From positions 301,878,001-301,942,000 of the forward strand of contig OZ024743.1 in the NCBI GenBank assembly GCA_964016885.1: DNA of 64,000 nucleotides, given 5' to 3'. The DNA comes from Eledone cirrhosa. Taxonomy: Eukaryota. The stretch's first letter is position 1; each line of letters opens with the position of its first letter. Under the pieces are notes generated by a model. That model saw only the letters and a list, made by a program, of their open reading frames with translations, made no database searches and was not told the DNA's origin. Of this stretch, positions 44,139 to 62,630 are shown one piece after another. The translations under genes and the position numbers were made by a program.

Positions 44139-44323
44139 GGCGGTGAATTGGTGGTATCGATAGAGGGACGGACGCCATGCTTTAACGCATATATTTACGG
44201 TCCTTTCCATTCTGAGTTCAAATCCCGCCAAGGTTAACTTTGCCTTTCGTCCTTACGGGATCGATAAAATAAAGTACCAGTAATGCACTGTGTATTTGCT
44301 GGCCTTGTGCCAAAACTAGAAAC

Positions 44324-44328
<5 letters not shown>
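44139..44328 (+). mobile_element. tRNA-derived SINE, full length
   Basis: GGCGGTGAATTGGTGGTATCGA..GAGTTCAAATCCC..AGAAACAATTA. Confidence 0.85.
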
Positions 44329-44380
<52 letters not shown>

Positions 44381-44400
44381 TAGTTAGATATATAAATATA

Positions 44401-44793
44401 CACGGGTGTGTATGATTGTGTATAGAAGATTATATTAATAAAAGGAATTCAACTGTGTCTGATTTATTCGTTTTATTTACAATCCTTTAAAATGTATAAT
44501 GGTATCAGAATGAAATATTATGGTAGAATATTAAATGTTAAGTGTTAATTGAACAGGTACTTTCATGCTTTCGCAATCTTCAGGTTCATAATGTGTGGTG
44601 ACAGTCAAGTTTGCAATTTTCTTGACTGTTACCACACATTATGAACCTGAAGATTGCGAAAGCATGAAAGTACTTGTTTTAATTAACACTTAACATTTAA
44701 TATTCTACCATACTATTTCATTCTTATACAATTATACATTTTAAAGGATTGTAAATAAAACGAGTAAATCAGACAAATTTTGAATTCCTTTTA

Positions 44794-44797
<4 letters not shown>
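44401..44797. mobile_element. Foldback mini-derivative of the Neptune PLE at 13114-15731; hammerhead in each arm
   Basis: 44401-44620 matches 13114-13335; 44621-44797 is the inverted copy lacking the ~33-bp tail. Confidence 0.9.
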
Positions 44798-44849
<52 letters not shown>

Positions 44850-44867
44850 TATTTTGAATTCCTTTTA

Positions 44868-44968
<101 letters not shown>

Positions 44969-45291
44969 GACGTGCCCAGCATATCCTTTCCCTGTCGTGT
45001 CGATTCAGTAAAAGAGCACCAATTAACATATATATATAGATATTAATAAATATATATATATATTTAATACATTAACAGAGAAGGCTTTAAGCGATACTCT
45101 GACCAACTGCATCTCACTCAACAAACATTAGGATATACCTAAGTATAATCCCAATCTTGTGTTTCGGGTGCTAACTGTACAGTATTCCGTGGATAGCTGG
45201 TTGTATTATTTTATATGAGATATAATTAAATAAATCTCTCTTTCCTTCCATACGATCGTTTCGTTATAATATTTCTACATGTTGGGATAAA

Positions 45292-45476
45292 TAATTGTTG
45301 CTACGTTAGGCAAAAATCCAGCAATTACCCAGTGCATTACTGGTACTTTATTTTATCGACCCCGTAAGGATGAAATGGAAAGTGAACCTCGGCGGGATTT
45401 GAACTCAGATCGTAAAGGGACGTAACTATGCTGGAAACATGGCGTCCGACCATCTACCGATACTACCAATCCATCG
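45292..45476 (-). mobile_element. tRNA-derived SINE
   Basis: Homologous to 787-977. Confidence 0.85.
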
Positions 45477-45763
45477 ATAATGTCCAGGTAATGTAGAAAC
45501 TTGTATATAATCCATAGATATACACACAAGCGGGCCCTTATAACTCATCAGTGGCTGCCCATGCAATATCGATATAAAAAGCTACATCAATATTAATAAT
45601 TATTGATGGTCTCCGTCAGTGCTAGAAGGACAGCCACATTTTAAAGACAGTAGTCCTTCAAAAAGAAAATTCAGACTGTCCCCAAAAGGGAAAGGGGTGG
45701 TCATCGTAAAATATGAAATGATATACGCGCTGGTCATTGTCTAAGGACTCAAATGGATATATA

Positions 45764-45803
<40 letters not shown>

Positions 45804-45840
45804 ATTCACAAGAATCAAAGCTATGTTCAAAGCATTTATT

Positions 45841-45887
45841 CACTTACAATTGTTTCATCCAAACCTAGGCTTGGAGTCTTCGGAGCA
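45841..45887 (-). ncRNA. Hammerhead ribozyme, CCGAAGA core
   Basis: tgct-CCGAAGA-ctccaagc ctag gtttggat-GAAA-caattg-TA-agtg; partner copy at 50256-50302 (+) has A9G. Confidence 0.7.
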
Positions 45888-47528
45888 TTGTTCAATGTCT
45901 GTACATATATTTGACCTCCTATCCAACGCAAGAGACGTACAGATACATATATATATATATATTGATGTACATATATCATACTATACTATATGTGTACAGC
46001 ATTCAAAATCAAAGTCAAAATTAAAATTAAAATTAAAATTAAAATTAAAATTAAAATTAAAATACATTCGGCAGATATCACAGATACTGTTGAGCTGAGA
46101 TACATTAAATTACCAGTATGCTGATCAAATACCAACTTCCAATGTCAACCAAGAACATACCAATACCCTCCAAAGATACATACGAGAAATTATTGATCAA
46201 TAGTGTCAACTCCTTTATCAATAGAGTGAGATGGATGACATTCCATTATGATAAAAACAGATCTAACAAATTTGATGATACTAACTAAATCGACTCCTTC
46301 GGCTTTAAAACGTTTAGAAGACCCCTCTCAACACACTACTAAACTCTTTTGAAAATGACCTAATAAAACTAGTTAAGAACATTAAATACAAAAATCATCG
46401 TAATAGAAACAACACCTTCTTAAACAAACATAACTCCTCTATTAATGGATTCAAAACAAGTAGTAAAATGATTATGCATGCGGACAAAACTAATAAGATA
46501 TACAGCATAGATTATGATACATATAGAAAGTTTATATATAATGAACTACACAAGAACTACAAGAAAACTACTATGAAAAACATAGATGATATTAATTTGG
46601 AAGGCCGTAATATAGTGTCCAAACTGGGACTTCAGAGACATACACAACCATACACCCCGAAGCCCCCTAGATTCCCACTGAAGGATCATCAGGAGGATTT
46701 CATTAGTAACCCTTCGATTAGACTAATCTGCCCTTCCAAGTCTGACATTGACATTATCAGTAAGAATATTTTAGATAAATTCATCCCACAGATTAAACAC
46801 AAAATATACTTTAAACAGTGGGGAAATGCGGGCGAAGTTATTGAATGGTTTAAGGATATCAAGGAAAACAAAAATAAAAAATGTATTCAGTTTGATATCA
46901 ATTCATACTACACCTCTATTTGCCCTATCCTATTAAATAAGGCACTAATTATGGCCATGAACAATAGTGACCTGACAAGACCCCAGATTGATGTCACACT
47001 TGCGGCACGTAAAACCGTAATCACTTTTGAAGATCAGTTATGGACCCGCAAGGATACACATACAACTTTGACATAACCATGGGATCTAGTGCCTCGGCGC
47101 AGGTCACTGATGGGGTGGGCCTATACCTACAAAACAAAATCCATAAGGACCTACCATACCTCAACGGTGGTTTATACCGCGATGATGCACTACTCCTTAT
47201 AGACTATAACACATTTAATATAGAAAGGACTAGCAGCCTATTGCATAAGACTTTCAAAAACTATGACATAAGTATCACCATAGACAACAACACTAAAAAC
47301 GTTAACTTCCTTGATGCCACCCTTTACCTAGAAATAAATACACCATTCCATAAACCTAACGAAAAACTAATTTACGTAGATACCAAGTCTAAGGACTCTA
47401 GATCAATATGAAACTCTATATCTAAAGGAATATCCAATAGAATCTCTAATCTATCTTATGACGAAATCATATTTAGCAAAAACTCACAATACTATAATCA
47501 GGCATTAGCTAGATCAGGTCATAATAAT

Positions 47529-47713
47529 TGTTTCTACTTTAGGCACAAGGCCAGCAATTCACCAGTGCATTACTGGTACTTTATTTTATCGATCCCGTAA
47601 GGATGAAAGGCAAAGTCAACCTCGGCGAGATTTGAACTCAGATCGTAAAGGGACATAACTATGCTGGAAAGCATGGCATCCGACCCTCCACCGATACTGC
47701 CAATCCACCGCCC
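47529..47713 (-). mobile_element. SINE inserted in the PLE ORF with an 18-bp TSD
   Basis: Flanks agatcaggtcataataat (47511-47528) and agatgaggccataataat (47714-47731). Confidence 0.9.
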
Positions 47714-50509
47714 AGATGAGGCCATAATAATGAGATCGAGTTCCTACCTATTAAAACACATAGTTACAACATTATTTCTCACAATATGTCCATGAGCAAA
47801 AATAGTAATAAGAGTAATAACCACACACACACACTAATACGAAGGGTAGCAACAAACGTAACTCACACCAGAGAAGACACCAAAATACCATAAACGAAAA
47901 CACGTCAACAAATATAAAAATCAAAAATAGAAGAACTAATACATTTTCAACCCCCCTTTGAATCTAAACGTCTCAACCAACCTACCTAACGCTTTCTTCT
48001 CATCCTGGATAAAAAACTTCCCATCTGGCCACAAGTACCATAGTCGTATAAATAAAAACACCATTAAAATCAGCTACTCTACAACGCCTAACATAGCATA
48101 TCACATAGCTAGTAGCAATAAAAGAAAGATTAATACTTACTTTCAACAAACTAAAATACAGCAGGGGGTAAACTTTCAAAACAACGTAATATCTGCAAAC
48201 TCTGATATCAATAGTAATAATAGTAATAACACTAATGAAATCAATAACATTGGGAGCGACATTGCCCATAGTCATAATGCAATACCTAGCAACCAGACTT
48301 CTACACAACATAATAACCGACAGGTTAACATCCAAAATAATTGTAACTGTAGATCTAATAGAACCTGCCCTTTAGATAAAACTGCTTAATCAAGGACATC
48401 CTCTACTCATGCACGGTCAGAACTAGCAACTCTTCTGAAACCTATATAGGCTCTACTTCGAACTGCTTCAAAACCAGATACAATTCACACCTCCATTCTT
48501 TCAAAAAACACAGTCTAGCCGTCTCCACTTCACTATCTAGCTACATACACTATCTGAAATCTAGAAGTAGATCATGTACACTTCAATGGGAAGCGATAGG
48601 TAAATCGTCATCGTACAGACCACCTAATAAATTATGTAACCTCTGTCTACTAGAGACCCATACTATAATCTTCTCGAACCTTAACCTCCTTAATAACAAA
48701 TCGGAAGTGTTTGCGTCGTGTCAGCACCGCTTCCGGCACTCCTTCCAAAACTTTAAACCCAATATATAACAATGTGAGACTTGACCCCATCACCGCTTCT
48801 AACATCACACCTCAAGGGCATGCCTTACTCTACTACACCACAGTCTCTGATCCACCCCTCCCTCAACACAAATCATTCTACCTATCTATAACTTTATACC
48901 CTAGAAATATCCCCATAAACACCAACTTTTAATATAATTACTATCAATTACTTATACGTATATAGTGATATAAATCTAATACAGTCTATATAAACTTTAA
49001 ATACTAGATACGGCAGTGAATTATATATGTGATTGTAATTAAATATATGGAGTAATAACATTATATATATATAGGATTAATTTATTAACATAAGGGATCT
49101 GTCTAACCTATATGTAGGGTGGTGCAATGAATTATATATGAATTATATATGCATGTATAACTTGATGGATAGATTAATGACATTGTAAATGAGGGATGTA
49201 TTTGTCTACCCAAGAGATGTATTTGGTTTTGTCATGCAAACAGCCATACGCTGTTCCATAACTTACCAGGGGCTATGTAGACAACATTTTAATAGGTCCT
49301 CTGATATGTTTTGAGAGTAGACTGTATTTACAGTGAACTTTGATATAAATATATAGCACTTTGTATGAAAAATTCAATTATAGGACTATATAATAAAGAG
49401 TAATCAACTTCCTATAGATACCTTTAATACATTATGATAGAGTAGACTGTATTTAAAATTGAAAATTAGATATAAATATATAACCTTTCATATAAGAGAC
49501 TCAATTGAGGCCCCATATAATGTATGTTAGAACAATGCATTTAGTTATGAGAATCAGCTAGTTACCTCCCCTAACGCAATAACTCCCCTTAATTACACTC
49601 CTACTTCCGGGTAATAAACCACTGTAGATTCTCGCAGCAGAAATAACCTATTCTATAAATATGGATTAAATAATACTGAGCCTCAATACGGTACAATAAT
49701 GTAATGCATCAAACATTCAATACGGAATCATCGTAACTTATGTGATGGATGTAAATACTATATTTCCCTTTTCTGAATGTGAAAATGGTGGTGGATGAGA
49801 AAACTATAACTTTCTTTTTCTTTTTCTTTTTCTTTTTCTTTTTCTTTTTCTTTTTCTGCACACATACTTTTTTTATCTATACAAAATATACCCTACCACT
49901 ACAACCACCATAATACTCTTGCTTACCCGCTTAAAGTGCTTGCATTACATGTAACACCTTGCCACACAATAATCGTAGATAAATGAGACACACTTGCATG
50001 CTCCATGTGTAACTAACGCATACACTACCTACTAGAATTGACTATCAAACTAGTCTCTTGCATTATCTGTGTTATCTGCCGAATGTATTTTAATTTTAAT
50101 TTTAATTTGGATTTCGATTTTGAATTTGAATTGCCGTACAAATATAGTATAATATATGTCACTCTACTGTACATCAATATATATATATATATACATGTAT
50201 CTGTACGTTATTTGCGTTGGATAGGAGGTCAATTATATGTACAGGCATTGAAAAATGCTCCGAAGGCTCTAAGCCTAGGTTTGGATGAAACAATTGTAAG
50301 TGAATAAATGCTTTGAACATAGCTTTGACTCTTGTGAATCCTATATAAATGCTCTGTAGAACAACTGATGTTATTACATTGAGCTATTTATCTTACTGGT
50401 AATAGGTAGTAATAAATTACTGACCTTCCCTGTTTATAGGTTAAAATATACATAACTATAAATAGTATCCTTAATATTATATATATATATGTATATTAAT
50501 ACATACACG

Positions 50510-50556
<47 letters not shown>

Positions 50557-50584
50557 GAATATACATATATGTATATATATATAT

Positions 50585-50639
<55 letters not shown>

Positions 50640-50716
50640 AGTGTGTGTGTGTGTGTGTGTGTTATATGTATATATATATATATATAAATGTATATATATG
50701 CATATATATATATATA

Positions 50717-50777
<61 letters not shown>

Positions 50778-50820
50778 GTGTGTGTGTGTGTATATATATG
50801 CATGTATATATATATATATA

Positions 50821-53390
<2,570 letters not shown>

Positions 53391-53432
53391 TAACTACATA
53401 TATATACATATATAACTACATATATATATATA

Positions 53433-53787
53433 TAAAGAAAAAGAGATGAAATCGAAAATGCAACTGGAGTCTTATTTTTTTTTTAAATATATATATTTAT
53501 TTGGTTCCTTTACCAGTTTCGCAGTTCTTCTATTTATCAAAAGTAGAGTTGAGATGGAGGGTCTGTGGTTTTTCTCACATCTGTGAGAAAACCACAGACC
53601 CTCCATCTCAACTCTACTTTTGATAAGTAGAAGAACTGCGAAACTGGTAAAGGAACCAAATAAATATATATATATTTCAAAAAAAAATAAGACTCCAGTT
53701 GCATTTTCGATTTCATCTCTTTTTCTTTATACTTTGACTCGTGTAGGAAACCTCGGTTATTTTTCAATTTGTTAAAAAAAACATCAC

Positions 53788-53794
<7 letters not shown>
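53433..53794. mobile_element. Family A foldback element
   Basis: 53433-53578 is the reverse complement of ~53583-53730 (centre ctcacatctgtgag); the + arm runs on to the family 3' end and (TA)n. Confidence 0.88.
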
Positions 53795-53855
<61 letters not shown>

Positions 53856-53899
53856 GTGTGATTATTATTATTTTTAGTACTGTTAAGCGAGTATTACAT

Positions 53900-54940
53900 T
53901 CCTTTCAATTAACAACAGACCTGGATAGATTAGCCCCACATGGTGAAGAAAGAGATGTACACCTTGTTTTATACCGGGATGAAAGTGCTTAGCTGTGCAA
54001 CCGAAGTGAGTGTGAAGAAACACCACCGTACACTCTTGTACATATATCGTTCCATTGCCAAAGAAGGGAGATCTCTCTAGCATCAACAACTACAGGAGGA
54101 TATCACTGACGTCACCTGTGGCAAAGACCCTCAACGGCGTGATTCTAAACAGGATCCATTCCCCGATGGAAATAAGCTGAGGGACAACAACAACGGCTTC
54201 AGAGAGGGAAGATGAACCATCAGTCGCATCTTCTTGTTGAGGAGGATATTAGGGGGAGCTAGAGCAAATAGTAGTCTTGCTGCCATGGCTTTCTTTGACT
54301 TTAGGAAGGCTTTGATTCTGTGGCACGTCACAGACTGCTAAAGATCCTACAGGCTTATGGAATCCCCAAGAATATAGTGGACCTGATATTGCACCAAAGC
54401 CCAAGTCATTACAACTGATAGGATGACGGTGTCCTGTGAAATACTGGCTGGAGTGCTCCAGGGAGAAACATTGGCTCCCTACCTTTTTATCATCGCAGTG
54501 GACTATTGCATGCGCCTTGTTCTGGAGAAACATCAAGACTCTGGCTTTACTGTGCACTGGCTCAGAGCAGGAGAGTTAAGGCGAAAAAGTTGATGAATTT
54601 GCAGACGACATATTTCTGGTGACAAACACAAGGTTGGCGGCAGAGGAGTTGATGCAGGAAGAGGAGACCGTGTCGATGTGTGTGGGAGTGAGAGTGGTTG
54701 AGTTTAAGACGAAGTATCTGGTAGAGAATATTAAGAAACAAGAGAAGATTATCAATGTAGGCGGGGCCGCTAGAATTGGTTGAGGACATCCTATATCTGG
54801 AAGCAAAGATTGGAAACACAAAGCATGATATGTTTGAGAGGAAGAGCAAAGCCTCGGTGGTGTGCCACATTTTGAGATCAGTGTGGAAGTCGGACTTTCG
54901 TAAAGACCTGAAAATCCATGTCTTCGATTCCATTTGCTTT
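53900..54940 (+). mobile_element. RTE-group LINE reverse transcriptase fragment, decayed
   Basis: NNYRRISLTS..AKTLN..ILNRI; NNGFREGR; FFDFRKA; GVLQGETLAPYLFIIAVDY; EFADDIFL; LYLEAKI. Confidence 0.85.
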
Positions 54941-55799
54941 GATGTAAGACAAAATACTAACAATTTATTCTCAGCCACCGATAAACGTACACACATACAA
55001 TCTTCTTTTAAATCTATAACCCCGAGACCATTGTCATTTTGTACCATTAACTGTTTTTCTTACATAATACAAACGTACGGGCGTGGTTGAGAACAAATGT
55101 GTTCATTCTACCACTTGAGACTATTTATTTACAGAGCTTGATATTAAGGATTCTCCCTGGACATATTTAGTGAACCATGACAGCTTTAAAGTTTAGCGCA
55201 ATAACCATCATATATTTTTTTCAAACAATATCAATACTTAGACCTAGTAGAGAATTGAAAAAACGTTATGGCTATTCACTAAAAAATCAGGTGGTATTTA
55301 GCGAGCTATGGTTCTTGTTTTACGCAACGAAATACCTTTTCGGAATGATAACTTTTGGCACAAATATTGTTTTTTGTTACATGAGGTTAATGAGGTAGTG
55401 GGGGGTAACACGATTAATACCTAAGCTCGTGATCAGCTTCAGCGAATCAAATTCTAACTTAAATACAGAGAATTTCGAGCCATGTTCCTTCCATAGAAAA
55501 ATAAATACAATGCTTAAGCTTAATCTTGGTGCAAGACAATTTGGGCATATCTTAATGTTTGACTTTTCTCTGCAAAGTTTTGAAAATCAGGAAATAGAGA
55601 AAGCGGTATATTTATTGTAAATATAGCTTCGGAAAGTAAATATATTTTCGGATTTAAAGTCATTTTCCGACTCACATGGTCTTTATTAATGTAGATTTAA
55701 AAGGTATTTTTCGCTATATGTATAGATGTATACTGAACACGAAAAAATGAATTAACACTCGGAGGTAAAATTCCATTTCACTACCCCCCCCCCCTATTC

Positions 55800-56780
<981 letters not shown>

Positions 56781-57422
56781 TGTGGCTATATATTCCTACA
56801 TATGCCCGTGTGTGTATGTACGTATATACGCACATATGAGTGTGTTGAACAAAGGACTAATTTTGGGATGGACGTAGAAAAATTCTTCAGAAAAAAATAA
56901 TTGTTTACAAACTTGGCTGGTGCGATTTGCCTGTGACCATTCTCAACACAAAGAAATACTAAAATATTTTTTCCCCTGAATAAAGTAATTTTTCGAGAAT
57001 GACTGGGGCAGGCCGCACTTGCCACATTTCTCCCCACCCAACACTACTCATCGTCTCAACTCATTACTGCTATTAACACTTTTTCAACACACCTACACCC
57101 ATACACTTATTAAAGGGGGAGAAAAAACCCCACCACACCACACCACAAACATGTTAAATCCCTATATATAGAACAACACACCACATACACATCAGTCTGA
57201 CAAGCGCACCTCAGCGTGAAAGGTCGTTCTAAAAACGAAACAATACCTCCTCCGTTAACCAAGAACTCCTAAGACCTAACTTAATTTATAAAATATTTTT
57301 TTTAAGAAAATTATTTTTGGATTTTGTGAAGAAAATAAATTTGTTGAAAGCACAAGTGAAGCCATTTTTTCTTCCCCCCTGTCTTACTATACCTAACTGT
57401 ACCAAGAATTACACACATTTTG

Positions 57423-57461
<39 letters not shown>

Positions 57462-58175
57462 GATTGATTTTAAATCAGTGACACAATTTATGGAGAAAAA
57501 CTCTGCATTTCAATATTACTCAATGTAAAATATAATGCATCAAGAATTGGAAAAAATTTTTTGTAATATATCAAATCAAATTTACATTATTAAATCTTAT
57601 TCTTTTTTGATTCTTGAAAATACATTTTTTCAAAATATCAATTCAAAACTTTTGTGAATAGGCGTCATATCTTGTCATTTACCTATTCAGTGGGGGTTTT
57701 GTGCCCACGGGAACCCTTTGAATAAAATGAAATATACTTATCGAAGTATCCTTGGCAATGTACTTTAAAAATATGTTTATTTGTTGGGGTCTATCTCCAA
57801 AACTGTAGTAGTTCCTGAACGAACAATTGTATATATATATAAATATATATAGGGGGGTTAGTGCGTGTGTGTGTTTGTGCCAGTGGGTGTGTGTAGCAAT
57901 ATACATGTATATGTGTACGTTTTGGGACGAAAATAAAAAAAATAGGCATACTATGCTATGATAGGTGTATATATGGGTGCATGTGGAGGTTGCTTTGGCC
58001 TTGATATAATAGTAGGTGCATATATGATAGGAATAGTACGTGGTTATATGTGTCTGGTGTAACAAACTTGTATGTGTACATAAACTAAATAAAATAAACG
58101 CCGATAGCGACTAGATAATTTTAGCCATAACCTACTTCCCTACATTTTAAAGCATTAAGGCGCCTAATGCCGTAT

Positions 58176-58266
58176 ATTGTTTCTATCTTTGGCTTAATGC
58201 CAGCAATTACCAGTGCATTGCTGGTACTTTATTCTATCGACCCCGTAAGGATGAAAGGCAAAGTTC
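58176..58266 (-). mobile_element. SINE 3' fragment
   Basis: attgtttcta..gccagcaattac..ctggtactttatt.tatcgaccccgtaaggatgaaaggcaaagt. Confidence 0.8.
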
Positions 58267-59270
58267 AGGGTAAATTTGATTATAAACACTCGGTAAACAC
58301 TGCGGTATTCGCACTAAGTTCAACGCAGATTATATGAATATCAGTATAAAAGTACTGGAAATACCTGACTGAATAACTATTAAGAAAAATACCGTCAAAT
58401 AATTCTGTCAATTCCAACCATCCATAAACTCAGAAGAAATCTACGTTTACATTTTGTCGCTTCACGTATGACGATACACATATGTATCGGTCGGTAATTA
58501 AAGACATTCCATATGTTGCATTTAAATTGATCCTGATGATCACTCTATAAAGGCTTGGTAAATAATATATATAGGTTATGACTTGCGTAGAGATAACGTA
58601 AATAATGTATTAATTGTTGATCCTTCATGATTTTTCTTTTTATGTTACAATATGCTTTGTGATTAAAAATCTAAGATATCCGGAAGTTTACCAACTGGTT
58701 TACATCTGAACTAACTTTAGCTTTCCTGCAATTAGAATAAACCACATCTCAGCTTTAAATATCTGAACACTGTTCGATTGTACTATTGTACGATCAACTG
58801 ACATAATTTACTTTCAACTCTGCAGCTGGTGATCGAACTCTGTGGAGAAAGATATCTCATGTTGATGCGTGCACAGTCCGCAACAGGCGGAGTTTAGCGT
58901 CACAATATATATATATATATATATGGGGGGGGGGGTATGTGTATGTATGTGTATGTGCGTGTGAGTTTGTGTGGGTGTAGGTGTATGTGTGTGTATGTGG
59001 TTGTGTGTATATGTGTGTGTGTGTGTGTGTATGTGTGTGTGTGTGTGTATGTGTGCATTTTGTATATCAAATAATATACGATATATTTACGAATAAATCA
59101 TTATTTATTCGTAATTATATGCATTTTGAAACGTGGTGGCATGGGCTCAGCCTACATCTCCGTATGTAAACGACACTAATCAGCCCATATACATACCCCT
59201 TTAAAACATATATACACGTATTTATGCAACGCTATTGGATAGATTACTGTAATTATCTTACTCTCTATTT

Positions 59271-59311
<41 letters not shown>

Positions 59312-59327
59312 ACTCTCTATGTGCGTG

Positions 59328-59357
<30 letters not shown>

Positions 59358-59358
<1 letters not shown>

Positions 59359-59520
59359 AAATTAATAAAAACAATGAATAAAAACAAAGAACAAGTTCCT
59401 TATATTAAATAATTCATAATTTTACCATCGTTTCTATATATATATATATAGAAACGATGGTAAAATGATGAATTTTTTAATATAAGGAACTGAACTTGTT
59501 CATTGTTTTTATTAATTCAT
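59358..59520. mobile_element. Tiny foldback of the 50821-type PLE end (3' half of HHR only)
   Basis: tttaccatcgtttc-(TA)8-gaaacgatggtaaa centre; arms match 50821-50892. Confidence 0.75.
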
Positions 59521-59537
59521 ATATATATATATATATA

Positions 59538-59716
59538 TAGTAATAATAATAAATTTGACGACTAAAATCCAAAGAGGGCTCGATGAGGATAAATATATAT
59601 CAAATATATAAGAACCGTAGAGCAAATATTTATTAAAATAACAGATTAAATTTTAAGCAAAGAATCGGTGCTTTCAAGCGATTCTTTGCTTAAACTTTAA
59701 TCTGTTATTCTAATAA

Positions 59717-59718
<2 letters not shown>
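59538..59718. mobile_element. Foldback of the 39515-39653 PLE end (related copy at 62628-62712)
   Basis: The minus arm matches 39515-39653; inverted short arm gcgattctttgcttaaactttaatctgttatt. Confidence 0.8.
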
Positions 59719-59781
<63 letters not shown>

Positions 59782-59862
59782 TATATATATGTACATTGGT
59801 ATATTGCACCGAGCTACATTTTGCAATGTGTCGGTCGTGGATCGACAAACAAAATATTATGT

Positions 59863-60019
<157 letters not shown>

Positions 60020-60039
60020 TGTATATATATATATGTATA

Positions 60040-60096
<57 letters not shown>

Positions 60097-60571
60097 TTTA
60101 TTTGTTTATCTGTTTGTTTGTTTGTTTGTTTGTTAGTTAACTCATTCTTTTATTTATTAATTTATGAGTGATTGATTAGGCAATGAATAGATAAGGGATA
60201 AAAGATATGTAGCGAATAGTGATTGGTAAATAGTAAGCAATAAATAATAAATAGTAATTAATTACTTGATGATAATATTAATAACTTAATAGTGACATTA
60301 ATTATGTTATCCTCTATCAGGCCCAGTTTAAAATTTAAAATTTAAAATTTAAAATTTGTCCCACTACCTTTATACTATAGACACATGTATGAGTGCGAAC
60401 GAGTGCGTGTTTGTGCATATGCGTTTATGTGTACTTATTTGTATGTATGTATATGTATGTATGCGTGTTTGCTTGTAAACGTGTATGTGTGTGTATGTAT
60501 ATATGTATATATGTATATATATGTATGTATATGTATATGTATATGTATATATATATATGTATATATGTATG

Positions 60572-60707
<136 letters not shown>

Positions 60708-60840
60708 GATAAATCTACCAAGAGTTTACGGTAGTGTCCAATCCGTATGAAGAACTCAATGTAATCCGGATATCATGGAAAGAAGAGATGCATTGAAAAA
60801 TCACATTCGGTGAAAGATAAACGGAATACAGAGTCAAGAT

Positions 60841-61257
60841 AAAATATTAAAAAAATAATGAATAAAACAATGAAACAGTTCCTTATATTAAACAAAAAAA
60901 GTTCATTATTTAACGATCGTTTCTAGGATATATATGTGTTAGAATTGGCATGTATATTCAACAGATTTATGTACAAAATTATACAAAATTATACAAACTA
61001 TCAAAATTAAATATACATACCAACACACATATATGCCGTCTTCAGAAATAAATTATTTCTGAAGACGGCATATATGTGTGTTGGTATGTATATTTAATTT
61101 TGATAGTTTGTATAATTTTGTATAATTTTGTACATAGATCTGTTGAATATACATGTCAATTCTAACACATATATATCCTAGAAACGATCGTTAAATAATG
61201 AACTTTTTTTTGTTTAATATAAGGAACTGTTTCATTGTTTTATTCATTATTTTTTAA

Positions 61258-61264
<7 letters not shown>
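60841..61264. mobile_element. Near-perfect ~424-bp palindrome made of two hammerhead + tail arms
   Basis: Centre cagaaata-aat-tatttctg at ~61051; related to the PLE end at 50821-51010. HHR 61052-61199 (+): attattt-CTGAAGA-[~115 nt]-GAAA-cgatcg-TT-aaataat. Confidence 0.9.
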
Positions 61265-61310
<46 letters not shown>

Positions 61311-61531
61311 TTTTATATGTATGTGTGTGTGTATGTGTATATATGTATATATATGTGTGAATGTATGTGTTTGTGTGTATGTTTGTGTGTATGTGTATGT
61401 ATGTGTGTGCATATGTATGTATGTGTATGTATAGTATAGTTTACACGAGAGAGACATACGTACATGTAGGTGTGTATACACATATATATATATATATATA
61501 TATATGTATACATATATATGTATATATATAT

Positions 61532-61591
<60 letters not shown>

Positions 61592-61703
61592 GCACGTGTG
61601 TATGAGTAGATATATGTGTGTGTGTATGTGTATGCGTGTGTGTGTGTATATTTGTGTGTTTTGGTTTTTCTTGTGTATATATGCATATATGTGTATGTAT
61701 GTA

Positions 61704-61772
<69 letters not shown>

Positions 61773-61837
61773 GTATATGTATGTATATGTGTGTGAATGT
61801 GTAGGTGTGCACACTCACACACATATATATATGTATA

Positions 61838-61872
<35 letters not shown>

Positions 61873-62360
61873 GTATATATGTGTGTGTAAGTGTTTAAAT
61901 GTGTGTGTATATATATGTGTGTGTAAGTGTTTTTGTATGTGGCTGTGAGTATGTAAATATATTTTATTCTTTCCATCCTGTGGCTTGTATGTTAAGTTGA
62001 CCACTCACCCCAGTCTGTGCCATGATTCGGTCTTGTTAAATGTTTAACTTCTATTACCAACCCACCTAAATTTCCCTACTATTTACCTGTTGAATTACTA
62101 TTCTTGGGGTTTTTATTGATTTATTTTTATTGATTTATTTTTTATTTATTTTATTTATTTATTCTTTTACCTATTTATTTATTTATTTATTTACTTATTT
62201 ATTTATTTCAAAAAAGCACTCTGGCTAATTGACCACTCCCCAAAGAAAAAAACGCCCTGTACCATGAAGTGGTCCGGTGTACCTAAATACCCCCACCCCT
62301 CCACAAACCCTCCCTTACCACTACCTAAATGTATATATACCTGAACTTAATATGACACCC

Positions 62361-62411
62361 AGCTTCCTGAAGATTTCATCTGAATGAAACAGTACTAGTC
62401 CTGTAGAAGCT
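62361..62411 (+). ncRNA. Intact type I hammerhead ribozyme (family E)
   Basis: agcttc-CTGAAGA-tttca tc tgaat-GAAA-cag tactagtc ctg-TA-gaagct; followed by a ~90-nt tail to (TA)n at 62500. Partial copy at 12913-12968. Confidence 0.88.
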
Positions 62412-62498
62412 CCTTCTATAAAATAAATTTTGTTTTACTCTGCCATGTATTGAGTACCTTACTTACTGTGGTTATCCCCGACTCAACCCGGGACCTAC

Positions 62499-62630
<132 letters not shown>

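Larger units (their letters stand above)
45801..50341 (+). mobile_element. Near full-length Nematis-type PLE with inverted pLTRs (decayed ORF ~46130-48770)
   Basis: ADKTNKIY, LKDHQEDF..NPSIRLICPSKSDI, CIQFDINSYYTSI, FDITMGSSASAQV, GLYRDDAL, VNFLDATL, CNCRSNRTCPL, YIGSTSNCFKTRYNSH. 45801-46088 is an inverted copy of 50062-50341. Confidence 0.93.

Noticed and set aside
58530-58605. CTGATGA followed by a weak hairpin
   Set aside because: No intact GAAA/stem III; chance match or too decayed.
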